From Hadesarchaea archaeon (GTDB lineage Archaea > Hadarchaeota > Hadarchaeia > Hadarchaeales > Hadarchaeaceae): a stretch of 64,000 nt of DNA. How positions within the stretch are numbered: position 1 is the stretch's first letter; every line of letters starts with the position of its first letter. A program made the position numbers and the translations under genes. The stretch is taken from positions 11,027 to 75,026 of the forward strand of contig JAUWBN010000001.1 of NCBI GenBank assembly GCA_030601675.1. The letters run 5' to 3'. The notes under the pieces are model-generated. The model made no database searches and was not told the DNA's origin. It saw nothing but the letters and a program-made list of their open reading frames with translations. Positions 46,129 through 55,803 of the stretch are shown piece after piece.

Positions 46129-48531
46129 TCAATCAAATCTCTCGGGCACCGTTACCCGCTGGGCCCTCGTCGGCTCATCCACGCCTTTGTTCCGGGAGAA
46201 ACGATAGAGGTAACCGCTCACCGCTTCCTCCAGCCGCTGCTCGTGAGTTATGAGTATGATCTGCTGCACGACCTCGGGCAGGCGCTCCCTCAGGACCCGA
46301 GCGAGCTCTCGGATGCCCTCCTCATCGAGGTTGTGGGTCGGCTCATCGAGCACGATCCAGCTGAGCGAGGGCGTAAGCACAATCGCGAACGCTATCCGGA
46401 GCGCCAAGCAGGCATCGGTGCGCTCGCCCCCGCTCGCGACCCCCTCGACCGGGACCCAATTCCCCCCGCGATCCCTGAGCTGCAGCACGTAATCGCCTCC
46501 CCGTTCACCTCCCTCGACGGCGAGCTTGATGCTCGTGAAATCCCCATATGGATAGACGCTCTCCCAGAGCTCGCTCATCGCCTCGTTGACCCCATCGATG
46601 AATTCCCTGCGCATTGCCGTCTGGGTTCGCGCGAGCGCGGCCTGGATCGTGGTCAGGGCCCTCACCGCATCCTCCATGTGCTTTATCTCTGTCTCACATC
46701 GCGTGATCATCTCTCGCTTTTCCCTGATGCTCTCGATGAGCTTTCGTTTCTCCGAGATAAGCTGCTCCTTCCCGACGAGCTCGGTGCGCAAGTGCTCGTG
46801 GGTGCGGATGAGCTCCTCGTGGCGCTTCTCGAGCTCCTTCGCCCGTGCCTCATCGTAGGTGCTCTTCACCTGCCGCAGCTCGTGCTGCACGCGCAATCGC
46901 TCGGCGAGCTTCTGCTTGTGCTCGAGCTCGAGCTGGTCCAAGTCGAGCCGCAGTTGGAGCGATTGCTTGGCCGCGGTGAGCTGCTCGCGGAGCGCTTCCG
47001 CTTCCCTGCGTGCCCCCTCGACCTCAGCCGTGAGTTTCCTTGTTGCCTCCCGCACGCTCGGAAGTTCCCGTTCTGAATTCTGAAGTTGTTGAAGGAGCTG
47101 AGAGCGCTCGGCCTCTCGCACGGGAAGCTCCTCGATTTCCTTCGCCAGTAACTGGGCTTTCCTCCGGAGTTCGAGCTTCTCATTCAAATTTTCATTTAAT
47201 TCTTTCACGCGCGCCTCGAGCTCGACCACGCGTTTGAGTTTCGCCTCGAGCTGGCCTCTGCGCTCCTCCAACAATTGCTGCTTTTTACCCTCCTCAAGTG
47301 GGCTTTCACAGACCGGACACGTTGAGCCGGCCGCTGCAAGCTCATCCATCGTCTGCCGAAGATCCTGCGCTCGGGCATGAGAAGCTGCAAGTTCATCGCC
47401 GACGCTCCTAGACTCAAGCTGCAGTCTCTCAATCAGCTTCACCAGTTCCTGTGGCCTCAGTTTTTCCAGTTCCTCGCTTAACTTGCCTTTCCGCTCTATC
47501 TCGCTCACGAGCCTTTCCAAGCGTTCGCGAATCATTCCTATCCTAGTTTCCAATTCCCGCACCCTCGAACTGCTAGTAGTTAAATTGGAGTTGAGCTCGC
47601 TCACCCGGGCTTCGGCCTCGCGGCGGGCCCGCTCGAGATTCCCCACCCGTCGTTTGAGTTCTTCGTGAGCAATCCCGACCGCAGCTCCGAGCCTCTCTTT
47701 AATCTGCTCGAGTTGACGGTCCAACGCGTTTATCGCCCCCTCAAGTTCACGGGATGAGCTATCCAATCGCGCGAGTTCCTGTTCGGTCTTGCGCAACTGC
47801 TGAAGTTGGGAGGAGGCTGCCTCCAGCTCCGGCTGAATTTGCTGAAGCCTCATCTGGGTCTCCTGCTTCGAGAGTTCCATATCCCTCATCTCCTGCTCGT
47901 AGGTCGGCAAGAGGGCCAGCGAAACATCCTGTCCGAGCTGTCGCAGGGTTCCCTTTCGTTCCTCCACGCGGTCCTTGACACGGTTCGCAAGCGAGCCGAT
48001 TTCTTTGCGCGCCAGTTCGAGCTTGTTTATACCCAAGAGCTCATCGATACTCTCCATCCGTTTGCCGCGCGGTAGGGTCAAGAAATAATCCAAACGGTTT
48101 TGTTCCGAGTAAATCGCTCGCTCGAAGAGATCGTAATCGAGTTTGAGGAGGGAGCGGATGACCTCGCTCACGCGCGTTGAGCTTGGGCTCTCGACCAACT
48201 CGCCGGTGCCCTTTCGGAGCTCCGAAAGCGTCGTCCCCTTGCCCCGCTCGATAACACGTTTGACCATAAATTCGTCGCCGTCGGGGGTGAGGAAGCCGAC
48301 CTCGACCTCCGCTCGATCCATCGGGTCGGGTCTGTTCCTGATGAGGTCCTCGAGCTTGATGCGTCTGGTCTGCACCGCCGGCAGGACCCCGAAAAGAGCA
48401 TAGGTTATCGCGTCCAGCACGGCACTCTTCCCCGCGCCCATCGTCCCCACGAGGACATTCGTGCCATCACCGAAACGCAGGTCGGTGTTGAGGTGTGATT
48501 TCCAATTTTTTAATTTAACTTGGGTTATCAT
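46129..48531 (-). CDS. rad50: DNA double-strand break repair ATPase Rad50
   Basis: GTMGAGKS Walker A, coiled coil with CPVC zinc hook, SGGE signature, LDEPT and ITH. Confidence 0.93.
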   Translation of the reverse strand: MITQVKLKNWKSHLNTDLRFGDGTNVLVGTMGAGKSAVLDAITYALFGVLPAVQTRRIKLEDLIRNRPDPMDRAEVEVGFLTPDGDEFMVKRVIERGKGTTLSELRKGTGELVESPSSTRVSEVIRSLLKLDYDLFERAIYSEQNRLDYFLTLPRGKRMESIDELLGINKLELARKEIGSLANRVKDRVEERKGTLRQLGQDVSLALLPTYEQEMRDMELSKQETQMRLQQIQPELEAASSQLQQLRKTEQELARLDSSSRELEGAINALDRQLEQIKERLGAAVGIAHEELKRRVGNLERARREAEARVSELNSNLTTSSSRVRELETRIGMIRERLERLVSEIERKGKLSEELEKLRPQELVKLIERLQLESRSVGDELAASHARAQDLRQTMDELAAAGSTCPVCESPLEEGKKQQLLEERRGQLEAKLKRVVELEARVKELNENLNEKLELRRKAQLLAKEIEELPVREAERSQLLQQLQNSERELPSVREATRKLTAEVEGARREAEALREQLTAAKQSLQLRLDLDQLELEHKQKLAERLRVQHELRQVKSTYDEARAKELEKRHEELIRTHEHLRTELVGKEQLISEKRKLIESIREKREMITRCETEIKHMEDAVRALTTIQAALARTQTAMRREFIDGVNEAMSELWESVYPYGDFTSIKLAVEGGERGGDYVLQLRDRGGNWVPVEGVASGGERTDACLALRIAFAIVLTPSLSWIVLDEPTHNLDEEGIRELARVLRERLPEVVQQIILITHEQRLEEAVSGYLYRFSRNKGVDEPTRAQRVTVPERFD

Positions 48532-49816
48532 CCGATTTCCTCTCCAGATCAGTTTTTATTTGATCCTCCACTACCCCGAGCACCCTCTGAAACGCTTCAT
48601 CCCCCCTCTTCTCGACCAAGAGACCGTACAAGGGGCGAACATCGAGTGGGTGGTTATATTTTATATCGCGGAGGTTCTCCTCGAGCATGCTCATCGCCAT
48701 CTCGTCTATGGGCAAGCGTCGCTCCCTCAACTCACGCAGGAGCTGCACCTTCTCCTCGAACCCGGGGGAGGCGAGGTCACCCTTGCTTATAGCGACCAAA
48801 GCCCTATCGGCGAACTCTTGGATGATCTCCCGCTCATCGAACTCGCTGCGCGACGCCTCCTTCGCGAGCGTTCCCATGAGCCTCAGCCTGATCAGGGGAA
48901 GCTTCTCCAAATTGCACTTGGGGCGCTCCAGCAGCTCCCGCGCCTTCGCCCTGACGGCCTCGTTCAGATGGGGGATCCCGACGCCGTCGAATTTCATCTC
49001 TTCGTAGTAAAAATCTCGCACGCTTGTGAGCTCGATGAATTTGTAGCTGAGCCCATCGCCGAGGTCGAGCATGTAGAACCCCTTGGGAACCTCGGCCTCG
49101 ACCTGAAGCAGCTGGGTGCGCTCGGTGCTCCCCGTGAAAAGCAGTGGTTTGCCGTGCGCGACGGCCTCGGCGTGGTAGTGGATGTGCCCGCATAGGTAAA
49201 GGTCAAATCCCTGCGGCAGGTCCGCGAGGTCGATCGTGGGGAACTCCTCCTTTGAGTACACGTACTGCCCCACGGATTGGTGTAGCATCAGGATGTTGAA
49301 CGCTCCCTCTACCGGCTTTGGGTTCCAAGCCGCGAGGACATTTTTCGCGTGCTGCTCGGGCACGTTGCTCATGCCGTGAATCGCTAGTTTTCCCCTTGGG
49401 GTATCGAAAATCAGCACGCTGTGGTGCAGGTGGATGAGGAGGCCGGCTGCTTCGAGCGCTTGTACGGGGTTAACGAATCCCCGGGTGCGCCGCTCATGAT
49501 TTCCATGCAAAGCCACCACGGGCGCCCCGCGGAGCGCGACTGGGGAGAACTCATCCTCGTCTTTGTCTATGGTGCGGTCGAGCTTGATCTCGCTCCGGCC
49601 TCGGGCCAGCGGGATCGAGAGAATGCGCATGGCTTGGGCCCAGACCTCTTGGCGGGGGGTTCGGGTGTCAAATACGTCGCCGAGCTCGAGGATGAGTTCC
49701 GCGCCGAGCTCAAGCGCTCGTTCGATGGACTCCTTGGCTTGGTCAAAAGAATCTCGTTCTCGTGCCGTCCCCCACTTCGTCCCCAAGTGATTATCGCCGA
49801 TGACAGCGATCTTCAT
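48515..49816 (-). CDS. mre11: DNA repair nuclease Mre11
   Basis: GDNHLG, GDVFD, HGNHE, LHQ and GHIH; adjacent to rad50. Confidence 0.92.
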   Translation of the reverse strand: MKIAVIGDNHLGTKWGTARERDSFDQAKESIERALELGAELILELGDVFDTRTPRQEVWAQAMRILSIPLARGRSEIKLDRTIDKDEDEFSPVALRGAPVVALHGNHERRTRGFVNPVQALEAAGLLIHLHHSVLIFDTPRGKLAIHGMSNVPEQHAKNVLAAWNPKPVEGAFNILMLHQSVGQYVYSKEEFPTIDLADLPQGFDLYLCGHIHYHAEAVAHGKPLLFTGSTERTQLLQVEAEVPKGFYMLDLGDGLSYKFIELTSVRDFYYEEMKFDGVGIPHLNEAVRAKARELLERPKCNLEKLPLIRLRLMGTLAKEASRSEFDEREIIQEFADRALVAISKGDLASPGFEEKVQLLRELRERRLPIDEMAMSMLEENLRDIKYNHPLDVRPLYGLLVEKRGDEAFQRVLGVVEDQIKTDLERKSDDNPS

Positions 49817-49896
49817 CTAAAATCACCTTTTGGAAACACTGCTCCAGCCGGGAAGAATTGGGAATATTTTTGTAATCTGACATTTTTAGTCTTCAT
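49813..49896 (-). CDS. Putative 27-aa upstream ORF coupled to mre11
   Basis: MKTKNVRLQKYSQFFPAGAVFPKGDFR; its TGA overlaps the mre11 ATG (ATGA). Confidence 0.25.
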   Translation of the reverse strand: MKTKNVRLQKYSQFFPAGAVFPKGDFR

Positions 49897-50048
49897 CTTG
49901 CCACTTCACGCTCGATTTGAAGGAACAAAGATAAAAACTTTCAGTGGAAACAGAGGTCGATTAAAAGTCGGTTTTCGGGAAAGAAACCGAACTCATTTCG
50001 TGGGGTTCTCGCTCCGAATTGTTTTAATCAAACCCGAACAAATGGTGC

Positions 50049-51281
50049 TTGGTGCCTCCTGTGTCCAAGTCTTGGGCCGATAAATACCAACCCAGCAAAC
50101 TCAAAGAAGTAGTTGGACAACCTCAAGCCCTCCGGGCAATGCTCGATTGGGCGGAAAGCTGGGAGAAGGGCAAACCGAAGAAACCAGCCCTCCTGCTCTA
50201 CGGGGCAGCGGGGACGGGGAAAACCATTGCCGCAGCTATTTTGGCTCAAGAGTTCGGGTGGGACCTGATCGCGCTCAACGCAAGCGACAAACGCACCTTT
50301 CAGGTGATCCAACAGGTCGCCGGCACGGCCGCGACGACGGGGACGCTCTTCGCGGGGGCCGGGGGCAAGCGGCTGATCGTGCTCGACGAAGCCGACAACG
50401 TCTACGGTGTCGCCGATCGAGGGGGGTATCGTGCAATCGCCCAGCTGCTCGAGGAAACCCGGAACCCACTCATGCTGATTGCCAACAACCAATACGCGAT
50501 ACCGTGGGAGATTCGGGGGGCTTGCTTAGCGATAAACTTCAGGCACCTGACCCAGGGCACCATCGCAAGCACGCTCGAGCGGATATGCCGCGCCGAGGGG
50601 ATCGAGGCCGAGCCGCAGGCGCTGAAAACCATAGCCGAGGGCGCACGGGGTGACCTGCGCTCGGCGATTAACGACCTTCAAACCATGGGGATGGGCAAGA
50701 AGCGCCTGACCGCCAAGGATGTCGTACTCTACCGGCGTGACCGGGAGGCGAGCGTATTCGATGTGCTGAAGCAGCTCGTCTACGCCAAGGGGGTCAAGGA
50801 AGCCCGGGAGCTGCTCTGGGCGCTCGACAAGGCCCCCGACGATGCGCTCGCGTGGATAGATGAGAATATCCCCCGGATGCTGACCGAACCCGCCGATCGG
50901 GCCCGGGCCTACGACGCCATCTCGCGGGCGGATATATTCTTGGGCCGCGCCCGGAGGAGGCAAGCCTACGGGCTTTGGAGGTACGCTAGTGACCTCATGA
51001 GCGCCGGGGTAGCACTCTCCCGGAAAGGCACCCTCAAATTCGTCCGCTTCCAGCCGCCGAGCTCCGGGGTTTACTTCGGCAGGACGCGAGCGGCGCGGGG
51101 CCTGCGCGATGGCGTGGCGAAGAAAGTTGCCTCCCACTGTCACACCTCCTCCCGGGTCGCGCGGAAACACTTCCTGCCCTACTTGGGATTAATTTTCAAC
51201 AACGACAGGAAGGCGGCTGCCCTGATAGCGGCTGAACTCGAACTGAGCGATGCCGAGGAGAAATACCTGAAATCGATGTGA
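50049..51281 (+). CDS. rfcL: Replication factor C large subunit
   Basis: WADKYQP, GAAGTGKT, LNASDKR, LDEAD, GDLRSAINDLQ and WIDEN. Confidence 0.94.
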   Translation: MVPPVSKSWADKYQPSKLKEVVGQPQALRAMLDWAESWEKGKPKKPALLLYGAAGTGKTIAAAILAQEFGWDLIALNASDKRTFQVIQQVAGTAATTGTLFAGAGGKRLIVLDEADNVYGVADRGGYRAIAQLLEETRNPLMLIANNQYAIPWEIRGACLAINFRHLTQGTIASTLERICRAEGIEAEPQALKTIAEGARGDLRSAINDLQTMGMGKKRLTAKDVVLYRRDREASVFDVLKQLVYAKGVKEARELLWALDKAPDDALAWIDENIPRMLTEPADRARAYDAISRADIFLGRARRRQAYGLWRYASDLMSAGVALSRKGTLKFVRFQPPSSGVYFGRTRAARGLRDGVAKKVASHCHTSSRVARKHFLPYLGLIFNNDRKAAALIAAELELSDAEEKYLKSM

Positions 51282-51301
51282 TGGGCCCGGGAGGATCATC
51301 C

Positions 51302-52438
51302 GTGAAGATAGTTGAAAAGCTTCGGCTCGGTAGGCTCGCGACTTTTGTCCCGAACAAAAGGCTTCCCGTCCACAATTGGTTTTACTTCAAGGAGGCTTTC
51401 TCGCGGGACCTCGTGCTCCTGCTTGCTGAAACTTGGGGGCTCGGCGAAGGCGATCTCGTCTTAGACCCATTCGTCGGGTGCGGAACAACGCCGCTCGCGT
51501 GCAAGCAACTTGGGGTAGATAGTATTGGTTACGATGTACATCCAATCATGTTGTTCGCCTCGCGCGTGAAGCTCAGGGATTACAACGCTGAAGAACTCAG
51601 GGAAGCAGTTCGAGGGCTGATGAAATCGAAGTTCGAGAGACCAGAGGTTGAGGTGCCGAGCTTCGTCGCGAGAGTTTTTCGGGAGCCCGTGCTCGATGAC
51701 ATCGCCTTCTTCAAGCGAAAAATCCTAGAGGTTGAAGACGAGGGGATTCGCGAATTTCTGTTGCTGGGGTTGATGAACGCGGCGATGAGATGCAGCTGGG
51801 CGCACAAGGATGGCGCAGCGATAAGGGTCGTCAAGAAACCAGTGCCGCCCCTCCGAAAGGCGCTCAAAAGACAACTCCTGAGGATGTGCGGCGATGTCGA
51901 GCGGTTCGAGAGGGAGGCCTCCAGGGTGACAATCGAGCACTGCGATGCGCGAAAGCTCAAGCTGGCCGACGAGAGCGTCAACGCCATCATAACCTCACCA
52001 CCCTACCTGAACAAGCGGGAGTACATCCACGCCTACCGAATCGAGCAGCAGTTGCTGGACCTAGGTGCTCCAGCTCAGGGACAACTCATCGGCGTGCGGG
52101 AGGAGGAAGCGGCGGAGGATTTTTCCGAGGTTGGGGAATTCGTCGAGGGTAAACCGCTCGAAGCGAAACTTTATTTCAATGACATGTTTGCAGCACTGCA
52201 GGAGCTTTACCGCGTTTGTAAGCCTGGAGCCAAAGTTGCCCTCGTCACGTCCGATGCCTGCTCCCCTGAGGGCGTGGTCGAGGTGTGCGTTCCGCTGAGC
52301 GAGCTGGCGGAACGGGCGGGTTTCAAAGCGAAGCGCATGCTGGTGGTGAACCGGCGTTTTTGTACGACGCCAGCGAGGAAGAAAGTTGGGGTCACGCAGG
52401 AGGGGCTGTTGCTCTGGGAAAAGCGAGCATCTAAATAA
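51302..52438 (+). CDS. DNA amino-methyltransferase (likely N4-cytosine; motif I before motif IV)
   Basis: VHNWFYFKEAFS, LDPFVGCGTT (SAM binding) and IITSPPY (catalytic). Confidence 0.85.
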   Translation: MKIVEKLRLGRLATFVPNKRLPVHNWFYFKEAFSRDLVLLLAETWGLGEGDLVLDPFVGCGTTPLACKQLGVDSIGYDVHPIMLFASRVKLRDYNAEELREAVRGLMKSKFERPEVEVPSFVARVFREPVLDDIAFFKRKILEVEDEGIREFLLLGLMNAAMRCSWAHKDGAAIRVVKKPVPPLRKALKRQLLRMCGDVERFEREASRVTIEHCDARKLKLADESVNAIITSPPYLNKREYIHAYRIEQQLLDLGAPAQGQLIGVREEEAAEDFSEVGEFVEGKPLEAKLYFNDMFAALQELYRVCKPGAKVALVTSDACSPEGVVEVCVPLSELAERAGFKAKRMLVVNRRFCTTPARKKVGVTQEGLLLWEKRASK

Positions 52439-52482
52439 CAATATTTTTCAGATTATTGTGTACTCTAATGATAGGGGTTAAC

Positions 52483-55400
52483 ATGAACCAACAACCCGTC
52501 AGGTATTACCTCGATCCACGGCACCGCTTCGTCGTGGAGAACTACAACTGGGCCAAAGCGTTCTCCAATTTTTTCCCTGGGATTGGGGGCAAGTGGGGGA
52601 TTCCGATGTGGGTCTACTATGTCAGCAGGGGGCAGGGTATCTGCAGCATGGGCGTGAGGGATAAAGATCATGCGATTCTTGAATTCTACTCTTTTAACAA
52701 GGCTCTTCAGCTCGTGGGGCAACAGGGTTTCCGAACCTTCATAAAAATTGACGGCCACACGCTCTACGAACCCTTCCAAAGAAACGAGGGGAAAAGGATT
52801 AAACAGAAAATGATTGTCTCCTCCGAGGAGTTAGAAATCAACGAGCTCAACCCCGAACTCGGGATAGAAACAAATGTGCTCTATTTTCCCCTAGTCAGCC
52901 AGCCGGTAGCAGCCCTCGTGAGGGAATTGAGGATAAAGAACCTCAAAGCTCACCCTATCAAACTAGAGTTAATCGATGGCCTCCCACGAATCTTGCCTTA
53001 TGGCCTGAACCAGAGCCATGTCAAATTTATTGCTAGGCACATCGAGGCTATGATGAGCGTGGAGCAACTAAACGGCATCCCTCTTTTCCGCCTGAAACAA
53101 ACGCCAGGGGACATCTCCCAAGTTGGAAAGATCTCCGGGGACAATTTTTATCTAACCCTTCTTGGTAAGGAAAGCAAGATATTGAAGGGCCATTCCATTG
53201 TCGATCCGTGCATCGTCTTCGGTGAATCGGAGACCTATGATCATCCTTGGGTGTTTGAAAAGAACTCCGTCCAGGAGCTTCTGGCGATGAAACAGGTTCG
53301 GGAAAACAGAACTCCCTGCGCTTTCACTGCCATCTCCCTGAACTTGCCTGCAGGCGGGGAAATTACCCTGTACTCGCTGGTCGGCAATGCTCCCGATGAG
53401 AAAAAATTGCGCGCGCTTTTAAGATCCCTCGGGACAAGAGATTTCCTCCACCGCAAACGCGAGGAAAACAGGGAGATCATCAAGAGGATAAAAAACCATG
53501 CCTTCACCGTCTCGAGCTCCTTGGAGTTCGACCAATACTGCCAGCAGAATTTCCTGGATAATGTAATCCGGGGAGGCATGCCGCTGATATTCGACACGGC
53601 CGAGGGCAAGAGTGCTTTTTACCTTTACTCTAGACAGAACGGGGACTTGGAGCGAGATTATCACTACTTTGTTCTGGAACCTACTTACCTCTCCCAGGGA
53701 AACGGTCATTACCGCAGCGTCCTCCAAAACCGCCGAACTGACACTTGGTTCTTCCCGGAAGTGGAGGATCTGAACATAGTTACATTCCTCAACCTGCTCC
53801 AAACCGACGGCTACAACCCCCAGGAGGTCACCGGCCTAACTTACACCGCCAAGGATATCGCTGGGCTCAAAAAATGGTTGAAAAGCGTCGTCAAGGACGA
53901 AAGGTTATTCCATGAACTACTCGAGATGGTCAGCCGCCCGTTTACCCCCGGCGAATTCATCATGAAACTGGAGAAATGTCGAAAACCCAGAGATTACGAG
54001 AAGATCCCGAGAGAACTCCTGCTTTTCTGTAGGCGAAATGATGTCGGCGATTTACACGAAGGGTTCTGGGTGGACAACTGGACCTACAACCTCGACCTGA
54101 TCGATGATTTCTTGGCGATCTATCCGGAAAGACTTGAAGAACTCTTAATCGATCGCAAGACCTACATCTTTTACGATAACCCGGACATCGTCCTGCCTCG
54201 CGATAAAAAATACGTGCTAGTGGATGAACAAGTCCGGCAGTACCGTGCGGTAATCCGCGACCAAGAAAAACTCCAAATGATCAAGAGCCGCTCGGAGTAC
54301 CCTACCCGGGTGCGAACCAAACACGGCCGCGGCCGCATCTACCAAACCAACCTTCTGGTAAAGCTCCTCTCCATCGCGGCAAACCGAATCGCCACCATTG
54401 ACCCGCAAGGAATTGGAATGGAGATGGAGGCCGATAAACCGGGCTGGTGCGATTCCCTGAACGGGCTGCCCGGGCTTCTAGGATCATCCCTCTGTGAAAC
54501 CATAGAATTGGAGAGACTCTGCCGGTTCCTCCGAGAAAGCCTCGATGAAATCAAACTGGGAGATGATGCCCCGATCCTTCTCTACGAAGAATTGTATGAA
54601 TTAATAATCGGTTTAGGTAAGGCAATGAAAAAAAGATTGAACTCCAAATATCGTAAAAAGAGCTTGGCCTACTGGGAGGAGAGTAACCAGCTGAAAGAGC
54701 GTTATCGGGAAAAGACGAAGATGGGGATCAGCGGGCTGGAACGGAAAATGACCGTTACCGAGTTGAAGCTTTTCATAGATAATTGTCTGAAGCTTATCGG
54801 CGAGATTTTCAAGCCCGAAAACAGGGAAAAAATCTTGAGCAAAAACGGCACTCCTTACACCTATTTCATCAACGAGGTCTTGGGATACGAGCCGATCTGG
54901 AGGGACCGAAAGAAAAAGATACCCATGCTCAGCTCCTCTGGGAATCCTTTAGTTAATCCCAAAAAATTCCGCCAGAGACCTGTGGCCCTCTTCTTAGAAG
55001 GCCCGGTTCATCTGTTGAGGGTTCACAGGGAGCGGAACAAGCAAATTTACGACAGCGTTAAAAGAAGCCAGCTCTACGATCGGGAACTCGAGATGTATAA
55101 AAATTGTGAATCATTGGAAAAAGAATCATTTGAGATCGGAAGGATTCGTGCTTACGCTCGGGGATGGCTCGAGAACGAGTCTATCTACCTTCACATGGAA
55201 TACAAATGGCTTCTGGAGATGTTGCGGAGCGGCCTTTACCGGGAATTCTGCCAGGACATCAAAACTGCCCTAATCCCGTTCCTCAATCCGGAGATGTACG
55301 GGAGAAGCATCCTGGAAGGAGTGTCATTCATCGTCAGCAGCGCCTTTCCTGACGAGAAACTCCACGGCCGAGGATTTCAACCTCGCTTAAGTGGCGTCAC

Positions 55401-55803
55401 CTGTGAGATGCTCCACATCTGGACCATCATGGTGGCGGGTGAAACCCCGTTCTTCTTGGATGAGAAAGGACAACTCGCGATGAAACTTCGGCCCATTCTT
55501 CCTAACTGGCTTTTTACCCGGAAAAAAAGGACCTGCCGTTACTATGACGGGGGAGGAAAATCAAGGGAAGTGGTAATCCCAAAAAACGCCTTTGCATTCA
55601 AATTTATCGGGAAAACCCTAGTGGTCTACCACAACCAAAAGCGAAAAAACACCTTCGGCAAAGGTGGGGTGAAAGTCGTCTCTTACCGGCTGAAATATAA
55701 GGGCGGGAAGGAGAAGACCGTGACCGGGGATACCTTGGGAACCTTCTTGGCGCGGGATGTGCGTGAAGGCCGGGTGGAACGGATCGATGCTGTTCTCTCT
55801 TAA
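52483..55803 (+). CDS. Large inverting glycoside phosphorylase, GH161-like (beta-1,3-glucan phosphorylase)
   Basis: About 1100 aa with GIPMWVYYVSRGQG, LDNVIRGG, SRQNGDLERDY, SQGNG.YR, MEADKPGWCDSLNGLPG, GWLENESIYLHMEYK and RLSG.T. Confidence 0.75.
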   Translation: MNQQPVRYYLDPRHRFVVENYNWAKAFSNFFPGIGGKWGIPMWVYYVSRGQGICSMGVRDKDHAILEFYSFNKALQLVGQQGFRTFIKIDGHTLYEPFQRNEGKRIKQKMIVSSEELEINELNPELGIETNVLYFPLVSQPVAALVRELRIKNLKAHPIKLELIDGLPRILPYGLNQSHVKFIARHIEAMMSVEQLNGIPLFRLKQTPGDISQVGKISGDNFYLTLLGKESKILKGHSIVDPCIVFGESETYDHPWVFEKNSVQELLAMKQVRENRTPCAFTAISLNLPAGGEITLYSLVGNAPDEKKLRALLRSLGTRDFLHRKREENREIIKRIKNHAFTVSSSLEFDQYCQQNFLDNVIRGGMPLIFDTAEGKSAFYLYSRQNGDLERDYHYFVLEPTYLSQGNGHYRSVLQNRRTDTWFFPEVEDLNIVTFLNLLQTDGYNPQEVTGLTYTAKDIAGLKKWLKSVVKDERLFHELLEMVSRPFTPGEFIMKLEKCRKPRDYEKIPRELLLFCRRNDVGDLHEGFWVDNWTYNLDLIDDFLAIYPERLEELLIDRKTYIFYDNPDIVLPRDKKYVLVDEQVRQYRAVIRDQEKLQMIKSRSEYPTRVRTKHGRGRIYQTNLLVKLLSIAANRIATIDPQGIGMEMEADKPGWCDSLNGLPGLLGSSLCETIELERLCRFLRESLDEIKLGDDAPILLYEELYELIIGLGKAMKKRLNSKYRKKSLAYWEESNQLKERYREKTKMGISGLERKMTVTELKLFIDNCLKLIGEIFKPENREKILSKNGTPYTYFINEVLGYEPIWRDRKKKIPMLSSSGNPLVNPKKFRQRPVALFLEGPVHLLRVHRERNKQIYDSVKRSQLYDRELEMYKNCESLEKESFEIGRIRAYARGWLENESIYLHMEYKWLLEMLRSGLYREFCQDIKTALIPFLNPEMYGRSILEGVSFIVSSAFPDEKLHGRGFQPRLSGVTCEMLHIWTIMVAGETPFFLDEKGQLAMKLRPILPNWLFTRKKRTCRYYDGGGKSREVVIPKNAFAFKFIGKTLVVYHNQKRKNTFGKGGVKVVSYRLKYKGGKEKTVTGDTLGTFLARDVREGRVERIDAVLS

